Origin: the human T2T-CHM13v2.0 reference genome, Homo sapiens
Strand: one strand, 5' to 3'
Assembly (NCBI RefSeq): GCF_009914755.1
Contig: NC_060933.1
Length of the DNA: 64,000 nucleotides
The notes beneath the pieces are model-generated. The model was not told where the DNA came from, searched no databases, and saw only the letters and a program-made list of their open reading frames with translations. Positions 47,153-62,521 of this stretch are shown here, in pieces (the first letter of the stretch is position 1; every line of letters starts with the position of its first letter). A program made the position numbers and the translations under genes.

Positions 47153-47638
47153 TGTATTACTTTCCTAGGGCTGCTGTAACAAATTACCACAAACCATGTG
47201 GCTTAAAACAACTGAAATTTATTCTCTGACAGTTCTGGAGGCCAGAAATTTGAAATTAAGGAGCTGGCAGGGCCATGCTTCCTTTGAAGGCTCTGGGGGA
47301 AATTCCATCTTTGCTTTTGATGATTGCCAACAAGCCTTCGCGTTCCTTGGCTTATAGGTGCATTGCTCCATTCCCCGCCTCCATTATCACATGGCCTTCT
47401 TCCCTCTGTATGTTTCTGTGTCCTCTATGTTTGTGCTTCTGTGTCCAAATCTGTTTTTCCTTTCTTATATAAAACCATCAGTCATTGGATTTAGGGTCTA
47501 CCCTATCCTAGTATGTCATCATCTTAACTTTATTACTTCTGCAAAGACTACATTCCCACATAAGGTAACACTCACATATACTGGGGATTAGGACTAGAAC
47601 ATATCTCTATAGGGGAAATAAATCAACTCACCACCACA
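47153..47638 (-). mobile_element. MLT1B/C LTR
   Basis: tttcctagggctgctgtaacaaattaccacaaac...cagttctggaggccagaa...ggggattaggact. Confidence 0.85.
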
Positions 47639-48820
47639 AAACACAATGCCACGAATTCTCTGAACATTTATATAAGTATATTGTCACCCTAGAATTCTCA
47701 GGAAAATCAGCTTTAGTGTCGTTTTATTTAAAGTTAGTAAGCTGAAAAATAGTATGTGAAGAAATGAGTTTGAGACATGAATCTATATTCCTTTATATTG
47801 GTTTGTAATTTTAACAAATGTATCCCATGACTGAAGTCCCTGGGCATGTCGTTGTAAACAAAATATCATAATACAAAATTTTAAGAAGCTAATAATTCTC
47901 CTCTTGCAGATGACCAAATGATGAACTTTTGCTTAGTTGAGGAACACTGGACATAATTAGGTTTTACTGGTTATTCCATTAATTGAACACGTTTCCTAAA
48001 TTTAATTTGATGTTATATTTTCAGTAATTTTATTACTATGGATTGAGTTGGGCTCTTTGTCCTTAAAGGGTTTAGAGTGTTTACACATGTTAAAATAGGA
48101 GAAACACATTTTCGGAAAGTAATGCAGTATGTGAATGGATTATTTACATCATTTAAAAGATATATAAACTGAGATCTGAAACTTGAATGGCTTTTCAAAT
48201 ATTATGGGGCTATCACAGGTACAGAACTCAAATGCATTCATGTGGTGAGGTGGAGGTAAAAATGTTAATGAATTAATGATGTAATATAATGAAATAAGTG
48301 TAATAAAACTAAATTAGATATCAAAATAATATAATCAAATGATATAAACAATTGCTATGGGGTCACATGAAAAGAAGAGAACTTTTTGAACAACATATTA
48401 TCACTTTGGCTGGAGGCTTTTGGATTCATGGACAAATTGTTGTTCAGGAAAAAAGAAATTATTCTTTCAACACACATTTCCTGAGTGCCCTACGTAGCAG
48501 GCTCTGTATTTGCTGTACATATTTTCTCTGATGAATTTTGTATCTCTTTAGGACAGGGATTGTGCTTATTTTCCTTCAGCACCACCGCAGTGAACAGTGT
48601 GGTGGTGGAGAGGGAGGGACCGAGTTCTTCATTAGGGAATGTGGACTCATAGATTATGACTAATAATCAGAAGTCTTCCCATTCATAGAATGCTTTAGAA
48701 TTTTTATTTAAATTGTTAATTCAAACATTAATACTGCCTAAAAACTAATCAGAAGACATATACGATTTAAAAAGAGAAATATAAAAAGTAATAAATGATG
48801 TGAGAGGATGTTAATTCTTC

Positions 48821-49143
<323 letters not shown>

Positions 49144-51334
49144 CTACTGATGCTAGATCAACTAGCACTTTGAAAAATATTATTAATTAATTAATATTAT
49201 TAATTTAAAGGAAAATTGGCAGTATCTCCCAAATCTCCCAATAATATTTTTAGTACCTTTTTATACTTTTCATTTTATAAAACTGTCACAAAATCTGACT
49301 TACAGAACTAATAACAAAAATTATGGATGACAGATTCTTAATCATCTTTTGATTCATACATTTCTTTGAGAACCTTATGAAAAATATATAAATATTCTTG
49401 CAGGAAAAATATGCAGTCACACTAAAATTTACATTAAATTTCAAGTACTCATTGATTCCCTGAAGCGTAAGTCTTTACCAATTATCTTTTTCTCTTCTCC
49501 CTCTTTATTTATCCTCTCTATCTCTCAGTGCTGTAGGTTGGGAACAATGAAAACTTTTAAAGTAAAATGCCGAGAAATCAAATATTTATTAAGTTTTTAT
49601 TACAATTTTATTAACAATTTTTAAAATTTATTTTCAAATTATTTTAGTTTATTAATAATTATATGCAGTAATCAGGCATGTCCTTCATAGGAGGCTGAAC
49701 ATTAGAATTTTGTTAATATATTGCATTGCATCAAAAGGACCAAGAACAAAAACAACCAATCAAATCAACAAATACTTGTCACAAATACCTGTTCTGAGAG
49801 TGAGAAGAGACATTTTGAGTCATCTGATTTAAAGTAGCACACCATTCAAGGCCAGTGACTCAGGAATGGTGATGAAAATTTGTGTACACATTAACAAAAG
49901 TACACAAATGGAGATTTTCAGGTAATCAAATTCTAAATGAGCAAATCCAAGTGCTATATAAGCATGTGGACAGGCAAATAAGCAATATACATTTCTGATT
50001 CTTAAAATCCATATACCAAAGAAATTAAAGAATGAAAACTGAGCATTTCTGACATTTAAACAAGAAATGAAATTTTTTTTTTACCAGAAATTGTCAAAAA
50101 ATGGTGTTGCTGAAAGAATAAGCACATGCCCTTCCCTAAAGAGGTACAAAATTCATCAGAGAAAATACGTATAGCAAATACAGAGCCTGCTTCATAGAAC
50201 ACTCAGGAAATATGTATTGAAATAATGATTTCTTTCTTTCTGAACAACATGAATCTGGGAATCCAAAAGCCTCCAACCCAAGTGATAATGTACTGTTCAA
50301 AAGGTTCTCTTGACACTTTTTTCCCAGAAATGATAGTGCTAAAATTAATAACATTACACAGTAAAACAAAATAATAGAAATCTGTAACTGTCTACTGGAC
50401 TTTTAAACCATTTATACCCATATATGTATATAAATACATATATATACATATATCTATATATATATAATTTTAAATACAGTGTAGTCAAAACTATGTTTTT
50501 TTTTTAAAAAGTCTGTGACTTTGTTTTATAGCTGCTGTGCTTGCAAAGTAATTCCCTATTTCTATACCATGTTATTGTATGTTCAGTTTTTCATCATATT
50601 CGTATGTTTTGTTTTTTGTTTTTAATTTATTTCTTTTGCCACATGATTTTTGATTTTGCAACATATTTATTCTGAAGCAATGCTTTTAACATATTTTATA
50701 TAATTTGTAAAAAGTTGCTATCTTTCACAGTTTAAATTTGGTGGGGATACAGAGGAGAATTTTTTTTCTCGAGTTACTGCTTTCAAACAGACTCTCTTGT
50801 AGTTCCTTTTTTTTTTTAACCTCTTGACAATCTTGGGCATATCTTCTATCTTTTCAGTCATTTTCAGGCATTAAAAACTCTATTTCTATCTAAGTCAGTT
50901 GAAAACTTCATTCTTATGTCAAATCTAATTTTCCCCTATACCATTTGTTCTCATTCTAGACCCAATCTGTAGCCCCAGAGACCTGCATTGAAGGAAAAGA
51001 CTTTCTTCTGCTTTATTGTTCCAGCTAAGCTTTCTCCCTTTCTTTTCCATATACTTTTTTGTTATTGTTTTGATTTTATTTTTGGCTTTTGCAGGCTCAG
51101 GTAAAGAGAATAGAGAACTACATCAAAGAGATCAAAATTGTGCTACCTGGTTGTGCACTGTTGGAGTGTGTATCCATGTGTTCTGAGATACAGGCATCCA
51201 AATGCTAATCCACACAAGTATATTCTTTGGGAAACCCTGTTAGAATTCTTCCCCACCAACCACTGCAACTATCATTGCTTCATTACTTAATATTTCTAGA
51301 ATGTCTTTTCACAAATTGTCTTTAAGTTACCCTA

Positions 51335-51905
51335 TTTTTTGACTTGTTATTGTTCATAGTAGTTGTTTATAATCTTTTTATTTCTGCGGCATCAGTTTTA
51401 ATATCTTCTCTTTTCATTTCTGATTTTATTTGTTTTCTATTTTTTTCTTAATCTAGTTAAAATTTTGTCAATTTTGCTTCTTTCCTTAAAAAACTCTTGG
51501 TTTTGTTGGTATTTTTCTATTGTTTTTCTATTCTCTATTTTGGTTATTTCTGCTTTAATCTTTATGATTCGCTTCTTCTGCTAATTCTGGATTTATTTGT
51601 TAAGAAGATAAAAATAATAGCAAGTATCATTTCCAACCACAATAGATTGAAACTATAATAAGAGAAGAAAAATTGGAAAATTTATAGAAGTGGAAATTAA
51701 ACAATACACTCCTTAACTAATATGTCAAAGGTGAAATTAAAAAAGGAATGTGAAAATCGCTTGAGATAAGTGACAATAAAAACATACCAAAACTTATGGG
51801 ATGCAGCAAAGTAGTTCTAAGGAAGAAGTTAATAGCAATAAATGCCTATTTTAAAAAGGAAGAAATATCTCAAATACACAACCCAAGTTTATACCTCAAG
51901 AAAGA
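51335..51905. mobile_element. L1M ORF2 fragment in two inverted halves (minus 51335-51600; plus 51600-51905)
   Basis: Plus half (aaacttatgggatgcagcaaa...tacctcaagaaa) ends where the minus half (caaataaatccagaattagcagaag) starts in L1 coordinates. Confidence 0.7.
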
Positions 51906-54525
51906 TGAATTTTCTTAGTCGCTGTAATTTAGTCCATAGTGTCTTCGATAGGGTTTTGTATCCCAGCACTTAGCTTTCTGGGCAGGACCCTGACATGATG
52001 GCCTGTGCTCAATTGTTGTTACTTGTTCACTTGGTTCATAGAAAACTCACCTGTCCATTGTTACCATGTCATATTGTGACAGTGCAAGCTCTGTCTTTCT
52101 AGCCTGATGTTTCCCTGATTGTCTTTCCCATCCCCCAATTCAAATAAAAACATGGTGCAGATCAGCCGTTCTTCTGATAGTCAGTTTTCTGTTCATAAGG
52201 GCTACTCATCTCTTCTTCTACAGAACCTTATTCTGTACTAGTGGTTCTCTTGGCTTTGCCATCTCTCGGCCTAAGAGAACGACAACAGTTTTCCCTAGGC
52301 TGACACAGCATGACTTCTGTAGGTTTTCTATTTCAATAAACCTTCCTTAAATAGTTCTCAAAAAATGATGATGGGTGATGGACTCATGGACTCAGTTCTC
52401 GTTTGACCATTTCTTAGTAAATCTTGTAAAATATAGCATTTAACTTTTTGGCACCAAGAACATGAGAAAAGACAGAATTTGTTTATCTCAGTTTTGTAAA
52501 TGTTCTTACAACTCTAAAACAATACAGAAGATCATCTCAACACATTTTTATATTAATTTTTCAAAAAATACTTTGGTCTGTTTTAGAAGTTTAAATTACT
52601 CAGAACACATTTTTTCAAGCTGTCCATCTTTCTGTACATAAGATGGTCATCATTTACTTTTGCAATCTAAACAACCTCTCGGAGTACTGATTTTCTCATG
52701 CTCTGGAAGGGATAGCCACAGGCCATATGACAGTGTTCACCTCAAAGCTACCACTGATTGAAGCAAGGTGAATTGATCCATAGGTTAGGCTGAGACCATC
52801 AGATTCTTTTTATCTGGGAATTTAAATTAAGAGACAATGAGACAGTCTGATATATGATGTATTGAGCACATGAATAAAAACTTCAGGTAGAATTGGAGCC
52901 ACAGGTAATGCTAGGATCTTGGATGAGAAAACACTTATAGAAAAAGAGAGCTTAAAATTCACCCAAGGAAGTTATACAAATAATGGAGCTGCCTGATGAG
53001 TTTTTAGCTATTGGGAGACCATGCTTTACTTTGTGTGGTTTGTTCTTGTGAGTTCTTTATTCTCACAAAATAGGAAATTCTCTCTTTATTTATATTATTT
53101 TAAAAGTTTTCATGTTCCTTGCAAGAAAATAAGGTCTAACAAAAAACCTTTGTGAACTGATCTTATCTGATCTATCACTGTAGAAATAGAGTTTAGTATT
53201 GCTTTAAAAAATAAATTTCAGCAAAGTAACCAGGCTACCAGAGTTAAATGTAGGATAGTCAATATTTTCCTGATTTGACAGTGTCATGCAAGTTCTGTTC
53301 ATGCTGAGGTATCCACATTTTCTATATTCTTTTCTGCCTGCTCAGTCGCTATAAGTAAGGGAATCCTCCATCTCTCATCAGATCACAGATCTTGTAGTGC
53401 CACTCTTTCCCTTGTTCTACTGTGTGATCAATTTGTTCCCCCAAGGTACTTGCAGTTTCTGGTGGGACAGGAGTAGTGCCTGAATACCACAGAATCCTTC
53501 TAGTAAGTTTTGTTTTTGATGCTTGCTGGAGGCATGGCTTATGTCAATAAGCTCTAGGAGAAATGCCCATGTTTACCTAAGGCTATGGATGTCTCAGTCA
53601 AAATAAAACATCCCCCACTTGTAAATTCTGCATCTTTCTATTTATATAAATGCTGAAACTGGAAGTGGCCTTAGAAGTGGCAGAGATTTTATAAGTAGAG
53701 ACCATAGAAAGCGATCAAAATTGGAGAGGAGAGAAGATTTAATCTTTTATAAATAGACAGATATACACACTTACATATTTAGGAGCAAACAGTGATGTTC
53801 CTAAAGGTTGCTAAGTGTGTGGCTAAATGATATCATTTTGATCTTCTCCTGAAAATCCATAGACTATGTTCTTCCTCCCTCTTACTAAGTGCCTGAGACA
53901 TGAAACTCTAAGATTCCTATCCAACTCAGAATTTTTGAGTATGTGTCTAATTTGCTTAAAAACTTAGCCTCCATAGAAAAGGTTGAAAAAGGACATGGGA
54001 AAATTTAGACAATATTTCAGACATTCTTATAAGGAAGGGGGTATGAACAGAGGGTCAAATTTCATCTCAAACTTGGTAGGATTGTAATTGGTTGAGCAAA
54101 GAAAATATTTTGAGGAAAGTATGTTTTGAAAGTGACTGGTATATATATCAAACTCTGGTTTACTTTCAAATGAGCAAGTCATTTGGAGTAAATATAAAGG
54201 GAGGTAAGCAGAGGTAATCGCACTCTGAGACCCATTTTCAGGTGACATATTTGAAGTTTTTTGAAAGAGAAGTCTCTGTTACCACTGGAATGGTGGTTGA
54301 GTTCAGTAAACCCTTAAACATTTGCTGTCACACTGCTGTGCCAGGCTTTGTGTATATCAATCTAAATAGAATGTTGAAACTTAAGCATTAACCCCTGTCA
54401 GCAGAAGGTACACAGATCAAACACTATGAATAGGGTAATGATAGAAAAATATACTAGATTTTAGGATGATGGAAACAGAGGGAAACTTGACCCTGTCTGC
54501 AAATCTGGAAAGCATCTGGAGAAGA

Positions 54526-55005
54526 TGTATTAATTTTCTTTTGTTGCTGTAACACATTACTACAAACCTAATGGCTTAAACAACACAAATACATTATCTT
54601 ACAGTTGCATAGGTCATAGGTCTGATATGGGTCTCACTGAGCTATAATTAAGACACAGGCAAAGCTGCATTTCTTTCTGTATGTTCTGAGTAGTATTCAC
54701 TTGCTTGACGTTTCCAGGTTTAGAGGTTACCTGTATTTCTTGCCTTATACTCCACTTCTTCATCTTTAAAGGCAGCACCAATAGGTCAATTTCTAACATA
54801 TCATTATCTTGCCCTAATATTCTGCCTCCCTTTTCCACTTTTAAGGAACTTTATCATTATATTTGGGCTCACCTGAATAATCCAGAATAATCTCCTATCA
54901 CAAGTTTAACCATGCCTGCAAAGCCCCTTTGCCATTTCAGGATACATATTTACAGGGGGATCAGGATATGGACATCTTCAGGAACCCATTATTCTGCTTA
55001 CCACA
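54526..55005 (-). mobile_element. MLT1C/D LTR
   Basis: tgttgctgtaacacattac...atgggtctcactgagcta...ccattattctgcttaccaca. TSD g(a/g)aga. Confidence 0.85.
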
Positions 55006-55371
55006 GGAGATACTGGCTGAGCTGAATTTCAAAGCACAAGAGGGTTAATCCGATCAATAGCGTGGCAAAAGGTGATCCAGGCAGAGAGAACTGCATGAAA
55101 AAACCATCTTAGTGTGTGCAGAGAACTATCAGTAGTTTACTTCTGCTGTGGCACTGTGCTCCATGCAGAGATTTTGGCACAGCAAACTAGAAGTCCAGTT
55201 GTCTTCAGAACACGTTGGCTTAATGATAACAATTACAACCAATAGTATCTGTTTATCACTTACTGTATTCTAATGTTGTGTACTGTATTCTAGGCTTTGT
55301 TGTAATCACTTTACATGTATCAATTGTTTTAATCCCCTAAACAGTCCTATAAGGAAAGAGGTTTCATATGC

Positions 55372-55372
<1 letters not shown>

Positions 55373-55419
<47 letters not shown>

Positions 55420-55428
55420 GAGAGAGAG
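55373..55428. repeat. (AC)~21 plus short (AG)n microsatellite
   Basis: Read directly; lies at the edge of an MLT2 LTR. Confidence 0.95.
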
Positions 55429-55800
55429 ATTATTTATTGCAAGGAATTGGTTTACACCATTGGGAAGTGTGCTAGGCTAGTTCAAATGGTAGAAAAGCTT
55501 ACCAGGAAGGGCAGGCTCAGTTGTGGTCTAAAGCTATTGTTCATGGCAGAATTTGTTATTCTTCAGAGGGGTCTCTATTCTTCTTTTAAGCCCTCTCAAT
55601 AGATTGAGTCAGGCCCACTCAGGTTGTCTAGGACAATCTCCTTTACTTAAAGTCAACTGATTATGGGCTATATTAATTTGTGTAATTATGGAAGTATTTT
55701 ATGGAAGTATTACACAATACCTCCTTAGCAACATTTAGGTTAATGTTTGATTGAATTACTGGGGACCTTAGCCTAGCCAAATTGAGATACCAAAAACACA
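55420..55800 (-). mobile_element. MLT2 (ERVL) LTR fragment
   Basis: gattatttattgcaaggaattgg...tttacttaaagtcaactgatt...gcctagccaaattga. Confidence 0.75.
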
Positions 55801-56388
55801 CCCCAAAAACTAAATTGTTCTCCCTACTCTGGTTAATCAAATCTATGTAAATATTTATATTTGAATGAATATATCTTAAAAATTGCTGAGTATATTGTTT
55901 CATTCTATTTTGTTTCAAATAAATGTAGAATATTATGCATTTTCAAATATGTTACAAGCCAAGGAATGATGATGCATTATAAATAATGTGAAATCATAAC
56001 TTTATATATAAATTAGCACTAAATGCCAGACTTTTCTCCTATAACAACAAAACCCAAATAGCTACCCCCGACACCCAAACAGAAATATGAAGTCTGTGTT
56101 TTAGGAGAACACGTACGTTATCAAACATGCTGAAATTTTCAGTTTGATATTCAGCTTAGCCTGACACTGCAAATTTAGCCTTGATTTCAACTCTTACATT
56201 CTCAAGAAGAGACCATTGGAAGTTCCCAAAGCAAAATGTATAATATGAAAAAAAAAAAAAAAAAAAAGAAACCAACAAACCTAGGAAGGCAACACTGTGA
56301 TTATAATGCAATGCCATTTATGCTCCTATTTGCCATCTTTGCTATCACAAATTGTGCTTTGGAGGACATTTTGATAAGGGAGTAAAGG

Positions 56389-56703
56389 TTTTGTTTTCTT
56401 TTCCTTTTTTTCTTTGAGACAGCCTCTCAATCTGTCATCCAGCTGGAGTGCAGTGTGGCGTGTTCTCGGTTCACTGCAACCTCTGCCTCCTAGGTTCAAG
56501 TGATTCTCCTGTCTCAGCCTCCTTACTACCTGGGATTACATGTGCGCCACCACACTCGGCTAATTTTTGTATTTTTAGTAGAGACGGGGTCTCACCATGT
56601 TGGCCGGGCTAGTCTCGAACTCCTGGCCTCAACTAACTGATCCACCTGCCTCAGCCTCCCAAAGTGTTGGGATTACAGGCGTGAGCTGCCATCATGCCCA
56701 GTC
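56389..56703 (-). mobile_element. AluS
   Basis: tttgagacag...cccaaagtgttgggattacaggcgtgagc. About 17-bp diverged TSD tgataag..agtaaag. Confidence 0.93.
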
Positions 56704-57151
56704 TGATAAGCAAGTAAAGCCTTCTCAAATCTGGGAGAAAACATTCCCAGAATCTCTTACTGGAGGGTGCTTTACTTTGGGAATGTTTGGGGATGAAGGA
56801 TTTTGGATTATGTTGGGTCTCAAAGCACACATCACTTAACGAATTTGATTGCAAGTAATAAAAACAATCTGGCTAACTTAAGCAAGAGGGACATTTATTG
56901 AAAGTATTTTGAGTAATTTCAGGAGAGTGAGCCTTAGGAAGGATTGGAGTCAAAAGACTTCAGGGACGCTGGGTAGCAAAAACCAATAAACAAGCTCGGT
57001 AGACATTCTTCTATTTCACATACTGGGCTATGTTCCTTGTTTTGCCATCATAATATCTATCTATTATTTTTCAAAGCCCAGTTCACATTGTACTGCCATC
57101 ATCTGTCTTCATCTCTGCATTTGCACTGAATTAGCTCCAACCATTTTCCTT

Positions 57152-57762
57152 CTTTATTCATTTGCTATTGCTGTTTACAAGATGACCACAAACTTAACAT
57201 CTTAAACCAGCATTCATTTAATGTATCACAGGTTTCTAGGTCAAAATTCTAGGCATGGTGTTACTTAATTCTCTGCTCGGGGTCGTAAAAATGCAAAGTA
57301 AGGTGTCAACTTTGATTGACAGGTTGAGTTAACATCTTGAAGCTCTGAGGAAGAATCTGCTTTCATGCATATTCAGAATGTTGGGGCTTCAGTTTCCTTG
57401 CTAGCTGTCAGCTGGGGACTGCTCTCAGCTCCTAGAGACCACCCACATTTCTTGCCACATGGCCACTTCTACTTCAAATTAGCAATGACAGATTTATCCT
57501 GTGTCAAATCCCTTTCATGCTTTGAATATTTCTGTTAAGAGAAAGCCCAATCCCCTTTAAGGGTGCATTTAATTAGGTAAGGCTCATTGAATTAAGAAAA
57601 GGAGTAATCTTTCTAAATTCAACTGACTTGGGGCCTTAATTCTATCTACTAAGTCTCTTGTTAGCAGCACCAAGTCAGTGTTCTATGAGTAACTAGGAAA
57701 AGATGTGGGTACAGGAGGGAGTGGGGACTTTGGGAGACCTTCTTTGCACTCTATCTACTATA
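57152..57762 (-). mobile_element. MLT1E-like LTR, within an older MLT1-type relic (~56840-57900)
   Basis: ttgctgtttacaagatgaccacaaactta...tttccttgctagctgtcagctgggg...ctatctactata. Confidence 0.7.
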
Positions 57763-59334
57763 TGTTTTTGCTCCACTTTGCTTAAGCTTCATATTTCAAA
57801 GACAGACTCATTTTGCATAGTCTGGTCACAGATTTACCTTTTGGCTTAGGGAAATTGGAGCACCTTGATTACAGTTCTCAACCAACTGATTGCAATGGTA
57901 GCAGTTATTCCTTAATGGATAATTAATATTCTTACAGTAAAAATGAAATAAGGATGCCATAGAGGAAAGGAGAAATGACTTTAGAGATCTCCTAGATTTG
58001 GGAGACTTTGCTCTATACAGATACAAATTGAAAAGCTTAGTTATCTAAGGTAGGAAAGAAGAGAGGGGCCCAAGGCAGAAGTTCCACTTATTAATAATGC
58101 CTATAGCATCTTCTCTGTTGTCTCTCTTAGGTCAGAATCTTAGGATGACAGAATCATAAAATAGATGTAGAAGGAAATAACCAATCAAAGCACAGGAAAG
58201 CTCTAAAGATTTACTGTTTCTGTAGAAGTAGGCAGGAAGATTTATTTACTGAGATGAATGCAAAAATGGGTTATCAGGGTAAGTAAAATTTTAAAAATGC
58301 AGAATGTGAGAAATGCATTCAGCCAGTGTTATAGAAATGTTCCCTAGAGAAAGGAATATTCGTGTTAGTTAGAAAAACTGAACATGCACAGATATAAAAT
58401 TTGAACAACTTTAATTTAAAACATCATTTAAAATAAAGGTGGCTACTTCCCCTTTGATCTTTGTGCTGCTTGAACAGTTATGAAGCACAGTTCTGGAGTG
58501 CTTTCAAGGCAGTCTTAGCTAATAAGATTCACAGTTTATTAAGATTTCTTTATGCCAATAGAAATAGTGGGACAAACAACCTACTGACTGATTTTTCAAA
58601 ATTACTGATAATTTTCTATACTAATATCCAATTCTAAGTGCTAGACTGTTTATTCTTTCCTCTGGTTAAATAATCAGCCCTTTGGAAAGAAGAATATCAA
58701 TATTAAGTTGATTGAAGAAAATTTGCCATTAGAGCCTTTGAAGAATTATATAATGAGAGACTATAATCTCTCCCTTTTTGGTGCTGAATAACTTAGAAAC
58801 ATGCATAAAAAGCAATAAGTGAACATTTTATCTTTATTTAATTCACCATAATTCAATAAACTTTTAAATTAAATAACAAAAGTATCTAATTTTATATAAG
58901 ATATAAAATCTACACAAAAATTAAGTTGAGGATTAAGGTAAATTGGCCATTATTGCATTTTGAAAACAGCCTGGTGAATTAGAAACCAACCTCTAGAATT
59001 CATTTCAGTGTATCATTTTGTAGGGAATGTTTGATTGAGTAAAGTTAAAGTACAAATAAAAAAGCTTACAAGACTTAGGAGAAAACCTTACCTACTTAAG
59101 TGGAAAAGGACAAGAATTATAGTAAATTCTCATCAGAATTCATACAAGCAAAAAGGGAAGAAGTGAAATAAAGTATTAAATGAAACAAAACACCTATCTA
59201 GAATTCCCTTCTAGTGAAATTACCCTTCAAAAATGAAGGAGAAATATACTCTCAAATTCAAGAAAAGTGAAGAAATTCAACACTAGCTGACCTGTCCTGC
59301 AAAGAAAAAATAAAAGCTAAAAAGAAATTCTTTA

Positions 59335-60395
59335 GTATCTTAGCAAATCTCCCCCTATCCTCTGTTACTCCTTAACTTCAGAGCCAATCCTGTTCTACTT
59401 TTTACTTCTGTGAGATCAACCTTCTCTTTCAGTTTCCACATATGGATGAGAATATATCACATTTAACTTTCTGTTCCTAACTTATTTAACTTAACATAAT
59501 GTTCTTTAATTCTGTCTATGTTACCACACATGACATAATTTTACTCTTTTTTATGAGTGAATAGTATTCCATTGTGTATATATTCCACATTTTCTTTATT
59601 CAAATTTTGTTGGATATATAAGTTGATTCCATATCTTGGCTATTGTGAATAGTGCTGCAGTAAATATGGGGATGCAGATGTCTCTTCAATATACTGGTTT
59701 CCTTTCATTTGGATAAATGCCCAGTAGTGGGATTGCTGAATCATATGGTAGTTCTTTTTGTAGTTCTTTGAGGAACCTCTATAGTGTTCTCCATAGTGGC
59801 TGCTCTAGTTTACATTCCCAGCAACAGTGTGTGAGAGTTCCCTTTTCTCTTCATCCTTTACCTTTTTGTATTTTCGATAATACCCATCCTGACTGGGATG
59901 AGATGACACCTCACTGCTGTTTTGATAAGCATTTCTGTGACGATAAGTGATGGTGAGCATTTTTAAAAAGTATATACTTGTTGGCCATTTGTATATCTTG
60001 GGAAATATCTGTTGAGATAATTTTCTCATTTTTTAGTTGGATTGTTTTTTACTGTTGAGATATTTGAGTTACTTGTGTATTCTGGATATTAATCCCCAGT
60101 TAGACAAATCATTTGCAAATATTTCTCCCATTCTGTAGATAGGAGGAATAAGTTCAAGTGTTCTACAGCACTGTAGATGACTCTAGTTGACAATAATATA
60201 TTATATACCTTCAAATAGCTAGAAGAAAGATATTGAATGTTCCAAACATGAAGAAATAATAAATGTTTGAAATGATGGATATTCTAATTATTCTCCTCTG
60301 ATCACTATACATTATATGTATTGAAACATCACTATGTACCCCATAAATATGCATAATTATTATGTGCCAACTTGTAAAAGTTGTAAAAAATTAAG
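59335..60395 (+). mobile_element. L1MA2-4-like element with 5' inversion (inverted 59335-60137; sense 3' end 60138-60395)
   Basis: Sense 3'UTR agataggaggaataagttc...actatgtaccccataaatatg plus tail. The inverted part ends at ...gctaagatac, just upstream in L1 coordinates. Diverged TSD aagaa(a)tt(c/a)tttag. Confidence 0.85.
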
Positions 60396-60933
60396 AAGAA
60401 TTATTTAGGATGAAGAAAAATGATATATATCAGAAACTTGTATCTACAAAAAGAAAGTGCACTAGAAAGAAAATCAATGAAGGTAAAATAATATCTTTCT
60501 TTATTTTTCTTATTCCTAATTTATCTAAATATATCTACTTCAATAAATAACAGTAGTAGCAAGGAATTGGGTGACTTTAGCACTTTGGTAAATGAAGTGA
60601 GTGACAGCAATCTCACAAAGAATGGAAGTGAGAAAATGAGAGTATTCTGTGTTATAAGGCATCTGTACCACATATGGAGTGGTAGAGTGTTATTTGATGG
60701 TGGACATAGATTAGTTAAAAAATGTTTAATGTAAATTCTTGTCACAGTGCACCAACAACAATGACAAAACAATTTTTAAGAAGACTGAATTATATGTTAT
60801 TTATAAGATCTCACTTTAAATATAAAGACAGATATGTTGTAGCTACAGGAATGGAAAAAGATATATCATGCTAACACCAATCAATTGACAATTTGAATGC
60901 CTATATTAATTTCAGACAAAGCAGTCTTCAGAA

Positions 60934-62521
<1,588 letters not shown>

